52,696 nt of DNA from a virus (lineage: Duplodnaviria; Heunggongvirae; Uroviricota; Caudoviricetes): positions 1 through 52,696 of IMG/VR virus record IMGVR_UViG_3300048091_000193; one strand, written 5' to 3'. A model generated the notes under the pieces. The model was not told the DNA's origin. It was given only the letters and a program-made list of their open reading frames with translations, and ran no database searches. Below, piece by piece: positions 42,569 through 52,095 of this stretch (positions are counted from its first letter, which is position 1; the number at the start of each line of letters is the position of its first letter). Made by a program: the position numbers and the translations under genes.

Positions 42569-42933
42569 AACTGACCGCAAGTCCGCTCGAAAAACTGAAG
42601 AAGGCCGCCGAGGACGTCATCACTGCCGCGTTCAGTCCGACATCGATGGATCTCATTCATGACCGCAAGCGCCAGATTGCGCAGGCGGTCCTCGGCGGAG
42701 CCACGCCGCCGGCCGAGTTCGTCGAAGCAGCGACGATCGAGGAGCTGACCGCGTTCGAACTGGCAACCCTAATTATAGGCAAGCCTGATGATCTCATGAT
42801 TAGGGAAAACCTGCGCCGACAGATCATTCTGGAGCTGCGGGCGCTGACCCAGGCTGACCAGGTCGAGCCGTTCCTGGCTGGTCATGGCCTGGTGCTGCGT
42901 CCAAGCATTGCCAGCCCGTTCGTTCTGCCCTAA
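42565..42933 (+). CDS. Hypothetical protein (possible fibre assembly chaperone)
   Basis: Coupled; helical, size typical of fibre chaperones. Confidence 0.5.
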   Translation: MKLTASPLEKLKKAAEDVITAAFSPTSMDLIHDRKRQIAQAVLGGATPPAEFVEAATIEELTAFELATLIIGKPDDLMIRENLRRQIILELRALTQADQVEPFLAGHGLVLRPSIASPFVLP

Positions 42934-42937
42934 ACTA

Positions 42938-42955
42938 TAAGTCAGTATTGACTTA
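42938..42955. repeat. 18-bp palindrome family
   Basis: TAAGTCA-GTAT-TGACTTA. Confidence 0.9.
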
Positions 42956-42982
42956 CACGTTGGGCGGGATTATTCGGGCTTA

Positions 42983-45373
42983 ATGGCAACTCTGACGCTC
43001 TACATCGACGGCTCGATCGATTTCACGAACGGCTCCGCGGCTATCGTGGGCAGCGGAACCACGTTCACGGCCCTTTTGCAGGGCGATCCTGTATTCGGCC
43101 CCGACGGCAAGTGGTATGAGCTCGATCTCATCACCGACGATACCCACGCGACGCTGAACACGACCTACAAGGGCGCAACGGCGCTTGCGTCGCCGGGCGG
43201 TGTCTGGACGATCCTGAAGTCTGCCAAGGGGCGTGACTCCGTCCGCACTGCAACCAAGCAGCTGACCGACATTACGTCGATCTATCGCCGAATCATCAAT
43301 CTCACCAATTCCGACCAGACGCTGCGTCTCAACAAGGCGACCGCGGCCGATCGGGCAGGTTCGATCATTCAGAAGGCGGGCCTGGATCTGTTCCAGGCCG
43401 GCTCGTTCGAAGACGACGATTTCTCGATCCGTTACCTGCTGGCTACGACCTGGACCAAGGCGCTCGGTGTCGATCCGACCACGGGCGGCTTCTCGCTGTA
43501 TTCGCAGCTCCTGTTCGGCAATATTATTACGCCGCTGCAGTTCACCGCGACCGTTAATAACTTCGCCCCCGAGGGTATCGCGCAGGCCAATGTCCTGCGT
43601 CTGAGCAGCAACGGCTCGCGTGCGCTGACCGGCATTGCCGGCGGCGTGGATGGTCGCGTCCTGGCCGTCATGAACGTGGGCTCCAACGATATCGACCTTG
43701 AAAACGAGGGCGGCACCTCGACCGCTGCCAATCGCTTCAAGCTGACCGGCAATATCACGATCTCGCCCGATAGCTCTGTCCTGCTGATGTATGACGGCGG
43801 CTCGAGCCGCTGGCGTCAGATGGCCGGCAGTGGCGCAGGTGGCGGCGGTGACAGCGACGGTGACAAGGGTTGGTCGCCGGTTCTAGCCTATGTGGCTGAC
43901 GGCGAACGCCTAGTAGCCAAAATCGTCGACTGGGTCGGCGGCGAGGGTGCCAAGCCGGCTTCAGGATCTTTCATCGGCGCAACTGGTCCGGTCGATAATG
44001 CGGCGGACGCCGTCAGTGTTCTCGGTCCCAAGGGCGATCAGGTTGAATTTCGCGTCGATCTGCCGAGCAAGCAGGTCCAGTGGCGCTATGCCGGCACGCT
44101 GAACTGGATCGACCTGGTTCCTTTCGATGCCATCACCGGCCCGACATCGACGCTGGAATGGGATTTCTCGACCGCTATCACCGACACGACGCCGGGTGAC
44201 GGCGCCATCCGCTTCAACAGCGGCACCTTCGGCACGATTACGCATCTGTATTTCTCGAAGAAGTATCGCCAGGGCACCGACGCCTCGGCGTTCCTGAATT
44301 CGTTTGACGATTCCAGCTCCTTGCCGAACCGCGGCACGCTGATGCTGCTCGACACCCTCGACCGAACCAAGTTCTCGGTCTTCCAGGTGATCGACAACGT
44401 CATCGACGCCGGCGACTACATCAAGGTGCCGGTTACCCCGACGGGCGGCCAGATCTTCGGCAATACCCGTCGCGTTTCGGTGATGTTCCTGCGCACCGGC
44501 GATAAGGGTATTCCGGGCATCATTCCGCGCGGCAATTTTGATATCGCCCATAGCTACATCGTCGGCGACGTCGTCGACTGGTCGGGCTCGTCCTATATCT
44601 CGCTGGTTCAACCGAACCTCGGTCATCTGCCGGCCTTCGAAAGCACCAATACCTATTGGGCTCTGTTCGCGCGCGGCGTGAACGATGAGTTCGTCACTGC
44701 GATCAACCTGACGCTGACACAGGCGCAGGAGCGCGCCGCCGCGGCCCTCGCAAGCCAGATCCTCGCCGCCCGTTATGCTCAGACCAGCGACGCCTATGTC
44801 GTCGGCCTCGAGAATTCGGCGAAGTCCTGGGCGATCGGCGGCACCGGCGAGGGTCAGCCTGACGCGGGCGACGCCAAGAGCTGGGCGACCAAGATCACCG
44901 GCACGGTCGACGGCACGCTCTACAGCGCCAAGCAATATTCGATCAATACCAAGATCATCTACGACGACGCCGTGGCACTGCATACCGACATGCTGCTGCT
45001 GGAAAGCTCGACTGCGGACTCCGCGGCTGAAGCGGCCAGTGCCGCAATCACGGCCGCATCGGGCGCCACGACCGCGACGACCCAGGCCGGCATCGCCACC
45101 ACCAAGGCGTCAGAGGCCACGACAGCAGCGACGACTGCGACCGGCAAGGCCGCAGAGGCTGTTGTATCCGCCACTGGCGCCGCGCTGTCGGCAGACGATG
45201 CCGAGGATTCCTCGACCGACGCAAGCTCGCAGCGCGCCGCCGCAGAGGCTGCCCGTGACGCCGCAATCGGCGCCGCCGCGGCCGCAGCCGGCTACGCCGC
45301 AATTCTCGCCAATCCCGACTACGGATTTTTCACGGAAACCCCGGCTGACAGCCGAGATTATGGATCCTTCTAA
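42983..45373 (+). CDS. Tail fibre protein 1
   Basis: N-terminal FTNGSAAIVGSGTTF anchor, repeat module at 43556-43816, Ala/Thr-rich stalk, DYG-repeat C-terminus. Confidence 0.75.
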   Translation: MATLTLYIDGSIDFTNGSAAIVGSGTTFTALLQGDPVFGPDGKWYELDLITDDTHATLNTTYKGATALASPGGVWTILKSAKGRDSVRTATKQLTDITSIYRRIINLTNSDQTLRLNKATAADRAGSIIQKAGLDLFQAGSFEDDDFSIRYLLATTWTKALGVDPTTGGFSLYSQLLFGNIITPLQFTATVNNFAPEGIAQANVLRLSSNGSRALTGIAGGVDGRVLAVMNVGSNDIDLENEGGTSTAANRFKLTGNITISPDSSVLLMYDGGSSRWRQMAGSGAGGGGDSDGDKGWSPVLAYVADGERLVAKIVDWVGGEGAKPASGSFIGATGPVDNAADAVSVLGPKGDQVEFRVDLPSKQVQWRYAGTLNWIDLVPFDAITGPTSTLEWDFSTAITDTTPGDGAIRFNSGTFGTITHLYFSKKYRQGTDASAFLNSFDDSSSLPNRGTLMLLDTLDRTKFSVFQVIDNVIDAGDYIKVPVTPTGGQIFGNTRRVSVMFLRTGDKGIPGIIPRGNFDIAHSYIVGDVVDWSGSSYISLVQPNLGHLPAFESTNTYWALFARGVNDEFVTAINLTLTQAQERAAAALASQILAARYAQTSDAYVVGLENSAKSWAIGGTGEGQPDAGDAKSWATKITGTVDGTLYSAKQYSINTKIIYDDAVALHTDMLLLESSTADSAAEAASAAITAASGATTATTQAGIATTKASEATTAATTATGKAAEAVVSATGAALSADDAEDSSTDASSQRAAAEAARDAAIGAAAAAAGYAAILANPDYGFFTETPADSRDYGSF

Positions 45374-47190
45374 TGAGCAGCGAAGTCAAACATCGTCGTG
45401 GCACCAAGACCGAAATCGACGGCGCAACGCTTGCGATCGCCGAAATCGGCATGGAGACCACGCGAAAGAAGTTCCGCTTCGGTGACGGGCTGAAGCAGGG
45501 CGGTTTCCGCCTCCAGCGCGAGAACTGGCGTGACAGCGCGGCGTTTGACCTCGGCGCGAATACCAATGATTGGTCGCCGACGGCGTTCGAAGAACTCGGC
45601 GTTCTGCTGGTCAATCCCACAGTCGATGTGCTGCTTACCGGCCTGGTCGGCGGCATCGTCGGACGCGACATCGAGATCCGCGTCGAAGCGGCCGCGACCA
45701 AGAAGCTGACGATCGGTCACCAGAACGCGGCGTCCGCGGCGGCGAACCGCTTCAATACCGTCACCGGCAAGAACATCGTCCTCAACCCAGGTCAGTCCGC
45801 ATTCGCCTCCTATGATGCGGTGAATTCGCGCTGGCTGTGCCGAACGGTCAACGCCAACCAGACGGCGATCGTCCCGGTCGGTGTGCAGCAGAATGCCGAC
45901 GTTCAGGCTGTTGTCGATGCGCTCGCAAACCGGCTGCCCCAGATCATCGCGCGCAGTATTCTCGCGCCTCCCGGCGCTCCGGTGAACGGCGACACCTATA
46001 TCGTGCCGGCTGCGGCGACTGGTGCCTGGGCAGGTCAGACGGACAACATCGCGACCTGGTCGACAAATGTCTCGCCGGCTGCCTGGCAGTTCACCGTGCC
46101 TACGACCAACCAGTATGTGATCTCCTACGAAGATCAGCGCCTTCTGACCTATCAGGGCGGCTGGATCCTGCCGCGCATCAACTTCTATCTGTCCAACGAG
46201 CTCACCCCGTCGGCGATCGCGGCCGATATCGCGAACTATGCGCCGGCAGGCCTTTATGGCGCCAATGTCGTCCGCTTCTCGACCGACCAGGCGGGCCGCA
46301 AGATCTCCGGCATCGCGGGCGGTGACGCCGGTCAATACAAGGTGTTCTTCAACGCCGGTGCGAACCCAACCATCTTCACGGACGAAGATGCGGCCTCGAC
46401 CGCGGGTAACCGTCTCGCGCTCGGTATGAACATCACGGTGCGAAAGGGCGAAAGCATCACACTGCGCTACGACGCGACGGTCAGCCGCTGGGTGATGATC
46501 GCTCGCGGCGTTCTGACCTACAACGAGTTCCAGAGCGAAATCTTTCTGACGGGCTCAATCTCGCCGGCTATTGCCGCGTCGCAGAACAACTGGGCGCCGG
46601 CCGGCATCGCCAATGCCAATACCGTCTACCTGGCTCTGACCGCAAACGCGAATATCACCGGCATCGGGGCCAGCACCGAAGGTCGCGAAATCTCGTTCTT
46701 CAACACGACCGCATTCACCGCGACATTCAAGGAGCAGTCCTCGAGCTCGACAGCAGCCAATCGCTTTGCCTTTGGTGGTGATCTGGTCGTTCCCCCGAAT
46801 ACCTCGACCACGCTGCGCTACAACGCCGCCCTGGGTCGCTGGATCATCAAGTCGGCTCCTTCGACCATTGCACTGGCTGCGGCCGTCGCTGCGATCACGG
46901 CCGGCTCGGCCGTGGGTGTCTCCGATACCCTCGTCAATGTGCTGGCAACCGCTCAAGCCTCCGCCGCAGCGGCGCAGGCTGCTATCGACGCGATCAAGGT
47001 GGGCTCGACGGCCGGTGTCTCAGATACGCTCGCGAACGTGCTCGCTGCGGCCCAGGCATCGACCGCGGCTGTCCTGGCGGCGCTCAACGCCGTGAAAGCG
47101 GGCTCGGTCGCTGGTCAGTCCGATACGCTGGTCAATGTGCTGAACTCGGCCACATCCAACGCCGCAGGTCTTGCGATTGCGCTTGGATAA
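45373..47190 (+). CDS. Tail fibre protein 2 (Mtd N-terminal-like + DUF2793-like + repeats)
   Basis: VKHRRGT...FRFGDG N-terminus; APPGAPVNGDTYIVPAAATGAWAG (DUF2793-like); three copies of an approximately 88-aa module; three 33-aa C-terminal repeats. Confidence 0.75.
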   Translation: MSSEVKHRRGTKTEIDGATLAIAEIGMETTRKKFRFGDGLKQGGFRLQRENWRDSAAFDLGANTNDWSPTAFEELGVLLVNPTVDVLLTGLVGGIVGRDIEIRVEAAATKKLTIGHQNAASAAANRFNTVTGKNIVLNPGQSAFASYDAVNSRWLCRTVNANQTAIVPVGVQQNADVQAVVDALANRLPQIIARSILAPPGAPVNGDTYIVPAAATGAWAGQTDNIATWSTNVSPAAWQFTVPTTNQYVISYEDQRLLTYQGGWILPRINFYLSNELTPSAIAADIANYAPAGLYGANVVRFSTDQAGRKISGIAGGDAGQYKVFFNAGANPTIFTDEDAASTAGNRLALGMNITVRKGESITLRYDATVSRWVMIARGVLTYNEFQSEIFLTGSISPAIAASQNNWAPAGIANANTVYLALTANANITGIGASTEGREISFFNTTAFTATFKEQSSSSTAANRFAFGGDLVVPPNTSTTLRYNAALGRWIIKSAPSTIALAAAVAAITAGSAVGVSDTLVNVLATAQASAAAAQAAIDAIKVGSTAGVSDTLANVLAAAQASTAAVLAALNAVKAGSVAGQSDTLVNVLNSATSNAAGLAIALG

Positions 47191-47207
47191 CAGTCAGAAC
47201 TGACTTA
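47190..47207. repeat. 18-bp palindrome family
   Basis: ACAGTCA-GAAC-TGACTTA. Confidence 0.8.
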
Positions 47208-47240
47208 TACTCTCCTGACATTTCGTTCTAAGGATTAAAG

Positions 47241-47570
47241 ATGTCGTTGACGCGTTTCACCACCCGGAACATCGGCACTGTGCTTGTGGCGTTGAACACG
47301 GCTGTTCCGGCCAACAAGAGCATGACCGCCGTCGGTATGTCCTTTTGCAATAAGGCGTCCGTCGAGGTTTCTCTGGACTTTTTGGTCCGCGACGCTGGCG
47401 CGCTCGACACCTACATTCAATACGCCTTCAAGATCCCGCCCGGTGAAACATTCTATCCTTGGGGTATCCTCGGCAAGGGCGTGATGATTACTGGCGACGT
47501 CGGGTTCGCCAAGTCCAGCCTCGCAAATTCGCTCGATTGCTACATGCCCGTCTATTTCGAGGCCGCGTAA
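47241..47570 (+). CDS. Hypothetical virion protein
   Basis: AAGGA RBS; 109-aa beta-rich protein. Confidence 0.6.
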   Translation: MSLTRFTTRNIGTVLVALNTAVPANKSMTAVGMSFCNKASVEVSLDFLVRDAGALDTYIQYAFKIPPGETFYPWGILGKGVMITGDVGFAKSSLANSLDCYMPVYFEAA

Positions 47571-48667
47571 TGAGCGCGTTTGCTGGGGCAGGGCGCTCGG
47601 CTGCGCAGGTTGACGAGGCGTCGCTCGCAGGTGCGGGCGATACCCGATATCTGCTGCTTAAGCCTAATACGCTCGGCATCAAGCAAATTCCGGTCTCCTG
47701 GTTGGATCAGGCGTCTATTCGTGCGCTGCTCGGCATTCAGAAGAAGAACTATATCATCAATGGCGCCATGATGGTGTCGCAGGAAAACGGCGCTACGCCA
47801 GGTGCTACAAACACCTATTATCCTGTCGATCAATTCTTCATCGCCAGCACGCGAACCGGTGCCTTCACGGCGGCCCAGGTCACCGCATTAACACCTGGCG
47901 GATCGCCAAACCGATTGCGCTTCACCGTCACAACGGCCGGCGCGAGCGTAGCCGCGGGCGATCTGGCGCTGATTGTTCACAACATTGAGGGTATTCGCAC
48001 CTCTGATCTAAAATACGGCACATCGGCAGCAAAGCCGACGATACTTCAGTTTGGCGTGAAGGCGCCCGCTGGAACATATTGTATTTCGATCGAGAATTCG
48101 GCACAGACCCGCGCCTTCGTCGCTGAATATGTGATTCTTCCAGGTGAAGCGAACACGGAAGTTGTGAAGTCGGTCCTCATCCCTGGGGATCTATCGGGCG
48201 CTTGGTTGAACACAAATGGTGTTGGGCTCCGGATCTATTGGTCTCTTATGGTGGGGTCCACTTTCCAACAGGGTCTTGGCTGGGGAACAGGTAATTTTCT
48301 TGGAACGCCTAACCAGTTCAATCTCATGAGCACGGTCGGCAACGTGTTCGAGTTGTTCGATGTAGGGCTCTACGAGGGCGTCGATGCGCCTCCATTCGTC
48401 GTGCCTGATTACGACGACTGTTTGCGAGATTGTCAGCGTTTCTGGGAATTGGTGGGTATGACGGTGACGACCGTTGCGCCGCCGTATCACAACACGGCCT
48501 GGTATCGAGTCACTAAGCGCACGGCGCCTACGCTGACTCCGATCGGAAATGCGCAGTCGGCCACGGTTGGACCGGTCTCAAGCAGTCCGGCCGATGGCGT
48601 GCGTCAGATTAACCCAGCATCCACTCCCGCCGATATCGGCATATCAGTGAACGCGAGACTTTCGTAA
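47570..48667 (+). CDS. Tail fibre/receptor-binding-like protein A
   Basis: KNYIINGAMMVSQ N-terminal domain start and LRDCQRFW C-terminal motif; lower-GC codons. Confidence 0.6.
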   Translation: MSAFAGAGRSAAQVDEASLAGAGDTRYLLLKPNTLGIKQIPVSWLDQASIRALLGIQKKNYIINGAMMVSQENGATPGATNTYYPVDQFFIASTRTGAFTAAQVTALTPGGSPNRLRFTVTTAGASVAAGDLALIVHNIEGIRTSDLKYGTSAAKPTILQFGVKAPAGTYCISIENSAQTRAFVAEYVILPGEANTEVVKSVLIPGDLSGAWLNTNGVGLRIYWSLMVGSTFQQGLGWGTGNFLGTPNQFNLMSTVGNVFELFDVGLYEGVDAPPFVVPDYDDCLRDCQRFWELVGMTVTTVAPPYHNTAWYRVTKRTAPTLTPIGNAQSATVGPVSSSPADGVRQINPASTPADIGISVNARLS

Positions 48668-49059
48668 TGGCTGAATACAAACTTTCCACTTTTGACACTG
48701 TTATTCGGATCGCGGATGGCGCCGTTATTCCTAAGGTTCTGGCTAATTGCGATTATGCAGCATTTTTGGCCTGGTGCGAGATCGAAGGTAACACACCGGA
48801 TCCGGCGGATGAACCCGTCGTTATGGTGCCGACTTCAGCGTCCAAGCTCGGTCTCAAGCGCGCCTTCGCTGAACTCGGTATGTGGGAGCAGGTCAAAGCG
48901 ACGCTCGCCGCTAACGAAGATGCTCAGGAAGAATGGGATCTGGCGATCGAGATCAAGCGCACGGATACAATCGTCCAGGACTTCATCGCCATTTTTGAGT
49001 TGACGCCAGAGTTCGTGGATCAGCTCCTGATCCGCGCCGCATTTCTGACAAAATCGTAA
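48667..49059 (+). CDS. Probable fibre-associated chaperone
   Basis: IRIADGAVIP...NCDYAAFLAW...NTPDPA; follows the fibre-like gene. Confidence 0.5.
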   Translation: MAEYKLSTFDTVIRIADGAVIPKVLANCDYAAFLAWCEIEGNTPDPADEPVVMVPTSASKLGLKRAFAELGMWEQVKATLAANEDAQEEWDLAIEIKRTDTIVQDFIAIFELTPEFVDQLLIRAAFLTKS

Positions 49060-49074
49060 GTCAGTTCTGACTTT
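49057..49074. repeat. 18-bp palindrome family
   Basis: TAAGTCA-GTTC-TGACTTT overlapping a stop codon. Confidence 0.85.
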
Positions 49075-49090
49075 TACCACGGGATAGTCA

Positions 49091-50203
49091 ATGTCGGGTT
49101 TTGCAGGTAACGGACCAAGCGGTGCAGGGCGTCTATCGCGCTATCAGGTGACACTGCTAGCGGGCCAAGCGACCGTGTCCGGCAAGGACGACAACGGTCT
49201 TACGATCCGTATTCCGATCGGAATGGAGAGTGTCTACTTCAAGGGGCGCAAACTTCCGCCGAGCGACTATCTCGTGACCAGCTCCAGCATTACCTTGCCG
49301 GGTGGTGCGGCTGCTGGCGATGTCCTGGAGATCTATGCACCCGAGGTGCAGACGAGTGCGAACACGTTTGATCGTCTCCAGAATGGAGCGGATATTGCAG
49401 ACAAGGCCATCTTCGCAGCTAATGTAGGCATTTCGCGTCCGAGCATACTGGATAACAGCGACTTTCGAATCAATCAACGCGTCTACACGTCGGCGGCAGT
49501 GCTTTCTGCCGGCGCCTACGGACACGATCGTTGGAAGGCGGGCGCGGCCGGCGGCGATTATTCATTCGCTCAGCTCGCCAGCTCGACCACGATCACGATC
49601 GCGCCCGGTAAATCGATTATTCAGGTGGTCGAGGACAAGGATGTAGAGGGTGGCACCTATGTTCTGTCGTGGGCCGGCACTGCGCAAGCGCGCGTAGGTG
49701 TTAACTCGGCGACGCCATCTGGTAGTTATTCCGCAAGTCCGCTGGTTATCAATGGGCAGACTGCTGGCACTGTTATGTCGGTCGAGTTCAATGCTGGCAC
49801 ACTTGGCAAGACGAAACTCGAAGTTGGTTCGACGCCGACGCCATTTCTGATGCAGAAATGGCCCGCTGAACTAATCCGATGTCAGCGCTTCTATGAGAAA
49901 TATTATGCTCAAGCTACGCCGCCCGGTGCCGCTAGCCCGCAATTCATGGAGTTTTTTACGAATACCGGCATCGGCTCATATCAAATGCCCGGAGCAACTT
50001 TCAAAGTTACCAAGCGCACGACCCCTACGGTTATCTTGTATTCTGCAAATGGGGGCGCAGGTGGCTACGTATTCGCGGTTAATGTGAATGCGAATGTCAC
50101 GACGAATTTGGAGGCTCCGGGGGAGAACGGCTTCAACTTCTATCCTGCCGTGTCAGCTGGCGATCTAATTCGGTATTGTTGGACAGCGAGCTCGGATCTT
50201 TAA
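49091..50203 (+). CDS. Tail fibre/receptor-binding-like protein B
   Basis: ILDNSDFRINQR, YGHDRW, ELIRCQRFYEK; same architecture as 47570-48667; N-terminus MSGFAGNG resembles MSAFAGAG. Confidence 0.6.
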   Translation: MSGFAGNGPSGAGRLSRYQVTLLAGQATVSGKDDNGLTIRIPIGMESVYFKGRKLPPSDYLVTSSSITLPGGAAAGDVLEIYAPEVQTSANTFDRLQNGADIADKAIFAANVGISRPSILDNSDFRINQRVYTSAAVLSAGAYGHDRWKAGAAGGDYSFAQLASSTTITIAPGKSIIQVVEDKDVEGGTYVLSWAGTAQARVGVNSATPSGSYSASPLVINGQTAGTVMSVEFNAGTLGKTKLEVGSTPTPFLMQKWPAELIRCQRFYEKYYAQATPPGAASPQFMEFFTNTGIGSYQMPGATFKVTKRTTPTVILYSANGGAGGYVFAVNVNANVTTNLEAPGENGFNFYPAVSAGDLIRYCWTASSDL

Positions 50204-50205
50204 TC

Positions 50206-50979
50206 ATGGCTGTATCTTCTGTTTGGAATGAAGCGCGCTCGGGTGGCATCGCCGCTGGTCTCCTGTTTGGTTTGACCATGTCGACCGCGGGTGGCAGCGC
50301 GACGCTGTCTGTTGCGCCGGGCTTCTGCGCCGATAGCACGGGCCTGCATCGGATCTCACTCGGCGCAGCGCTGGCTAAGACGACCGCGATCTGGGCTGCA
50401 GGTGCGGGTGGTGGCCTGGACGCCGGCACGATCGCCAACAACACCTGGTATCACTGGTATGCCATCTTCAACCCGACGACCGGCGCTTCGGACGTCGTGT
50501 TCAGCGCGACCACGACGCCGCTTGCTGGGCCGACGGCGTTGCCTGCTGGCTTCACCGCTTGGCGTCGTCTTGGGTGGTGGAAGACGAATGGATCTGGTCA
50601 GTGGCTTTCGATTAGACAGACTGGAGATGTGTTTCAGCTCGACATTCCCGTTTCGGTCGTCTCTGCCGCTACGCAGAACACAAGCGCTAACACATATACG
50701 ATGCCGCTTCCGATCGGTATTCCCTATGAACTGTTGTTCGGCGCATACGGAACTTCAGCTGCAGCTCTCGTGCTTAGTATTATTTCATTTGAGCTGACCG
50801 GCAACAGCGTCGCCAGTGCTCATTTTGTTACAACCCCAAATGGGTTCGGTAGCGTGAATTCTCGTCTACCGCTTGGTCCAAGTGGATCAATTAAAACCGT
50901 CGCTAATGGCACCAGCGTCACCGACTTTAACCTGTTTGTTCAAGGTTGGGTCGACACCCGCGGCCGCCTGGCCGCATAA
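50206..50979 (+). CDS. Hypothetical virion protein
   Basis: GGLDAGTIANNTWYHWYAI, AGFTAWRRLG, GWVD ending; seen in fibre regions. Confidence 0.55.
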   Translation: MAVSSVWNEARSGGIAAGLLFGLTMSTAGGSATLSVAPGFCADSTGLHRISLGAALAKTTAIWAAGAGGGLDAGTIANNTWYHWYAIFNPTTGASDVVFSATTTPLAGPTALPAGFTAWRRLGWWKTNGSGQWLSIRQTGDVFQLDIPVSVVSAATQNTSANTYTMPLPIGIPYELLFGAYGTSAAALVLSIISFELTGNSVASAHFVTTPNGFGSVNSRLPLGPSGSIKTVANGTSVTDFNLFVQGWVDTRGRLAA

Positions 50980-50988
50980 GGAGCACAC

Positions 50989-51285
50989 ATGCCTTCCATG
51001 ATCATCAAGCAAGAGGTGGAGGCCACTCCGGCTCTCGTCCTCGAGCAACTCTGCAAGCATCGCGATCGCCTCGCGAACTCCAAGTTCCCCTGGAGCCGCG
51101 ACTCCAAGCTGATCATTAAGCCTGCCTATCTCGAGGCCGTCGGCGGCATTCCCGGCATGCCGTCCCTGGTGCTGTCCTCGCAGCAGGGCACCCCGCTCGG
51201 CATGGTGGCGATCTACAAGGCCGACGGCGACATTACGATGGCTTATGTCACAGAAGACCAGGTCGAAAGCATCTACCAGGCCTGA
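50989..51285 (+). CDS. Hypothetical protein
   Basis: AAGGAG RBS; typical codons. Confidence 0.6.
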   Translation: MPSMIIKQEVEATPALVLEQLCKHRDRLANSKFPWSRDSKLIIKPAYLEAVGGIPGMPSLVLSSQQGTPLGMVAIYKADGDITMAYVTEDQVESIYQA

Positions 51286-51323
51286 GTTCCGTATTCCATT
51301 TGACAGGCTCGGGTGATAGACTG

Positions 51324-51341
51324 TAAGTCAAAACTGACTTA
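51324..51341. repeat. 18-bp palindrome family (10-bp arms, 51321-51344)
   Basis: CTGTAAGTCA-AAAC-TGACTTACAG upstream of the lysis genes. Confidence 0.9.
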
Positions 51342-51355
51342 CAGGATTTGCCGCT

Positions 51356-51733
51356 ATGTTTTTCCGAGTCGTTGCATACGCCAAACAGGCAAGCGTCGTT
51401 CTCGGCGGTATCACGGCCGTCTGTGTCGCCTATGTAGCGATCGGACTGCCGGTGCCGATGACTGAGGCTTCGGTGAACGCCAAGGTCAATCCGATCATCA
51501 GCGCGCTGAATTCGCTGCGATCGACCCAGTCGATCATTCTTAGCGATCTCGGGTCCTTGCAGCGCTCGACGCTGCGCAATGAGCGCTTTGCTCTGGAGCG
51601 TGCGGCTGTCGGAGCCGATCCGGCCACGAAGATCACGCTGAACCTGCGCATCAACCAGATCCAGGACGAACTGTCCCGCATCGACCGTCGCGACGATTCT
51701 GTTCGCGAGGACGACTTTAAGCAGAAGCGATAA
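51356..51733 (+). CDS. Membrane-anchored coiled-coil protein (lysis region)
   Basis: One N-terminal transmembrane segment, then coiled-coil. Confidence 0.55.
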   Translation: MFFRVVAYAKQASVVLGGITAVCVAYVAIGLPVPMTEASVNAKVNPIISALNSLRSTQSIILSDLGSLQRSTLRNERFALERAAVGADPATKITLNLRINQIQDELSRIDRRDDSVREDDFKQKR

Positions 51734-51738
51734 ATCCT

Positions 51739-52095
51739 ATGGGTATCTCGAAGATCCTCGACGAAAAGGCCCGAACCGCGATCTTTACCGACAACTGGCC
51801 CATCCGGCGTCGCTGGATGAAGTGGTCGCTGTTCTTCATGGCCGGCAACATCGAGGCCCTGATCGCCTGGACGATCTACACCGGCGGAGGTGCGTATGGC
51901 GTTCAGATTGTCATGGCGCTGCTGACGGCCGCCGTATCCATCCTGATGTTCTACATCTTCGGCGCGGTCTGGGATGACCACTCCAAGCGCCGGTTCATGG
52001 GCGGCTTCGGTCGGCGTGAGACCGAGGACAGCGACGGTGACGACGAGGAGGGCGGTGACGCCGCCTCGAACCCGCTCAAGGCAGAGAGGGAATGA
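51739..52095 (+). CDS. Holin-like two-TM protein
   Basis: Two hydrophobic helices, highly charged C-terminus, directly before the spanins. Confidence 0.5.
   Translation: MGISKILDEKARTAIFTDNWPIRRRWMKWSLFFMAGNIEALIAWTIYTGGGAYGVQIVMALLTAAVSILMFYIFGAVWDDHSKRRFMGGFGRRETEDSDGDDEEGGDAASNPLKAERE

Noticed and set aside
45373-47190. Diversity-generating retroelement target because of the Mtd-like N-terminus
   Set aside because: No reverse transcriptase and no template/variable repeat pair differing only at adenines seen in the window.
5068-51341. 18-bp palindrome family as a CRISPR array or tyrosine-recombinase/dif sites
   Set aside because: Copies are kilobases apart with no spacers or cas genes; 7-8-bp arms with a 2-4-bp centre do not fit the 11-13-bp arm / 6-8-bp spacer geometry of Xer/Cre-type sites.
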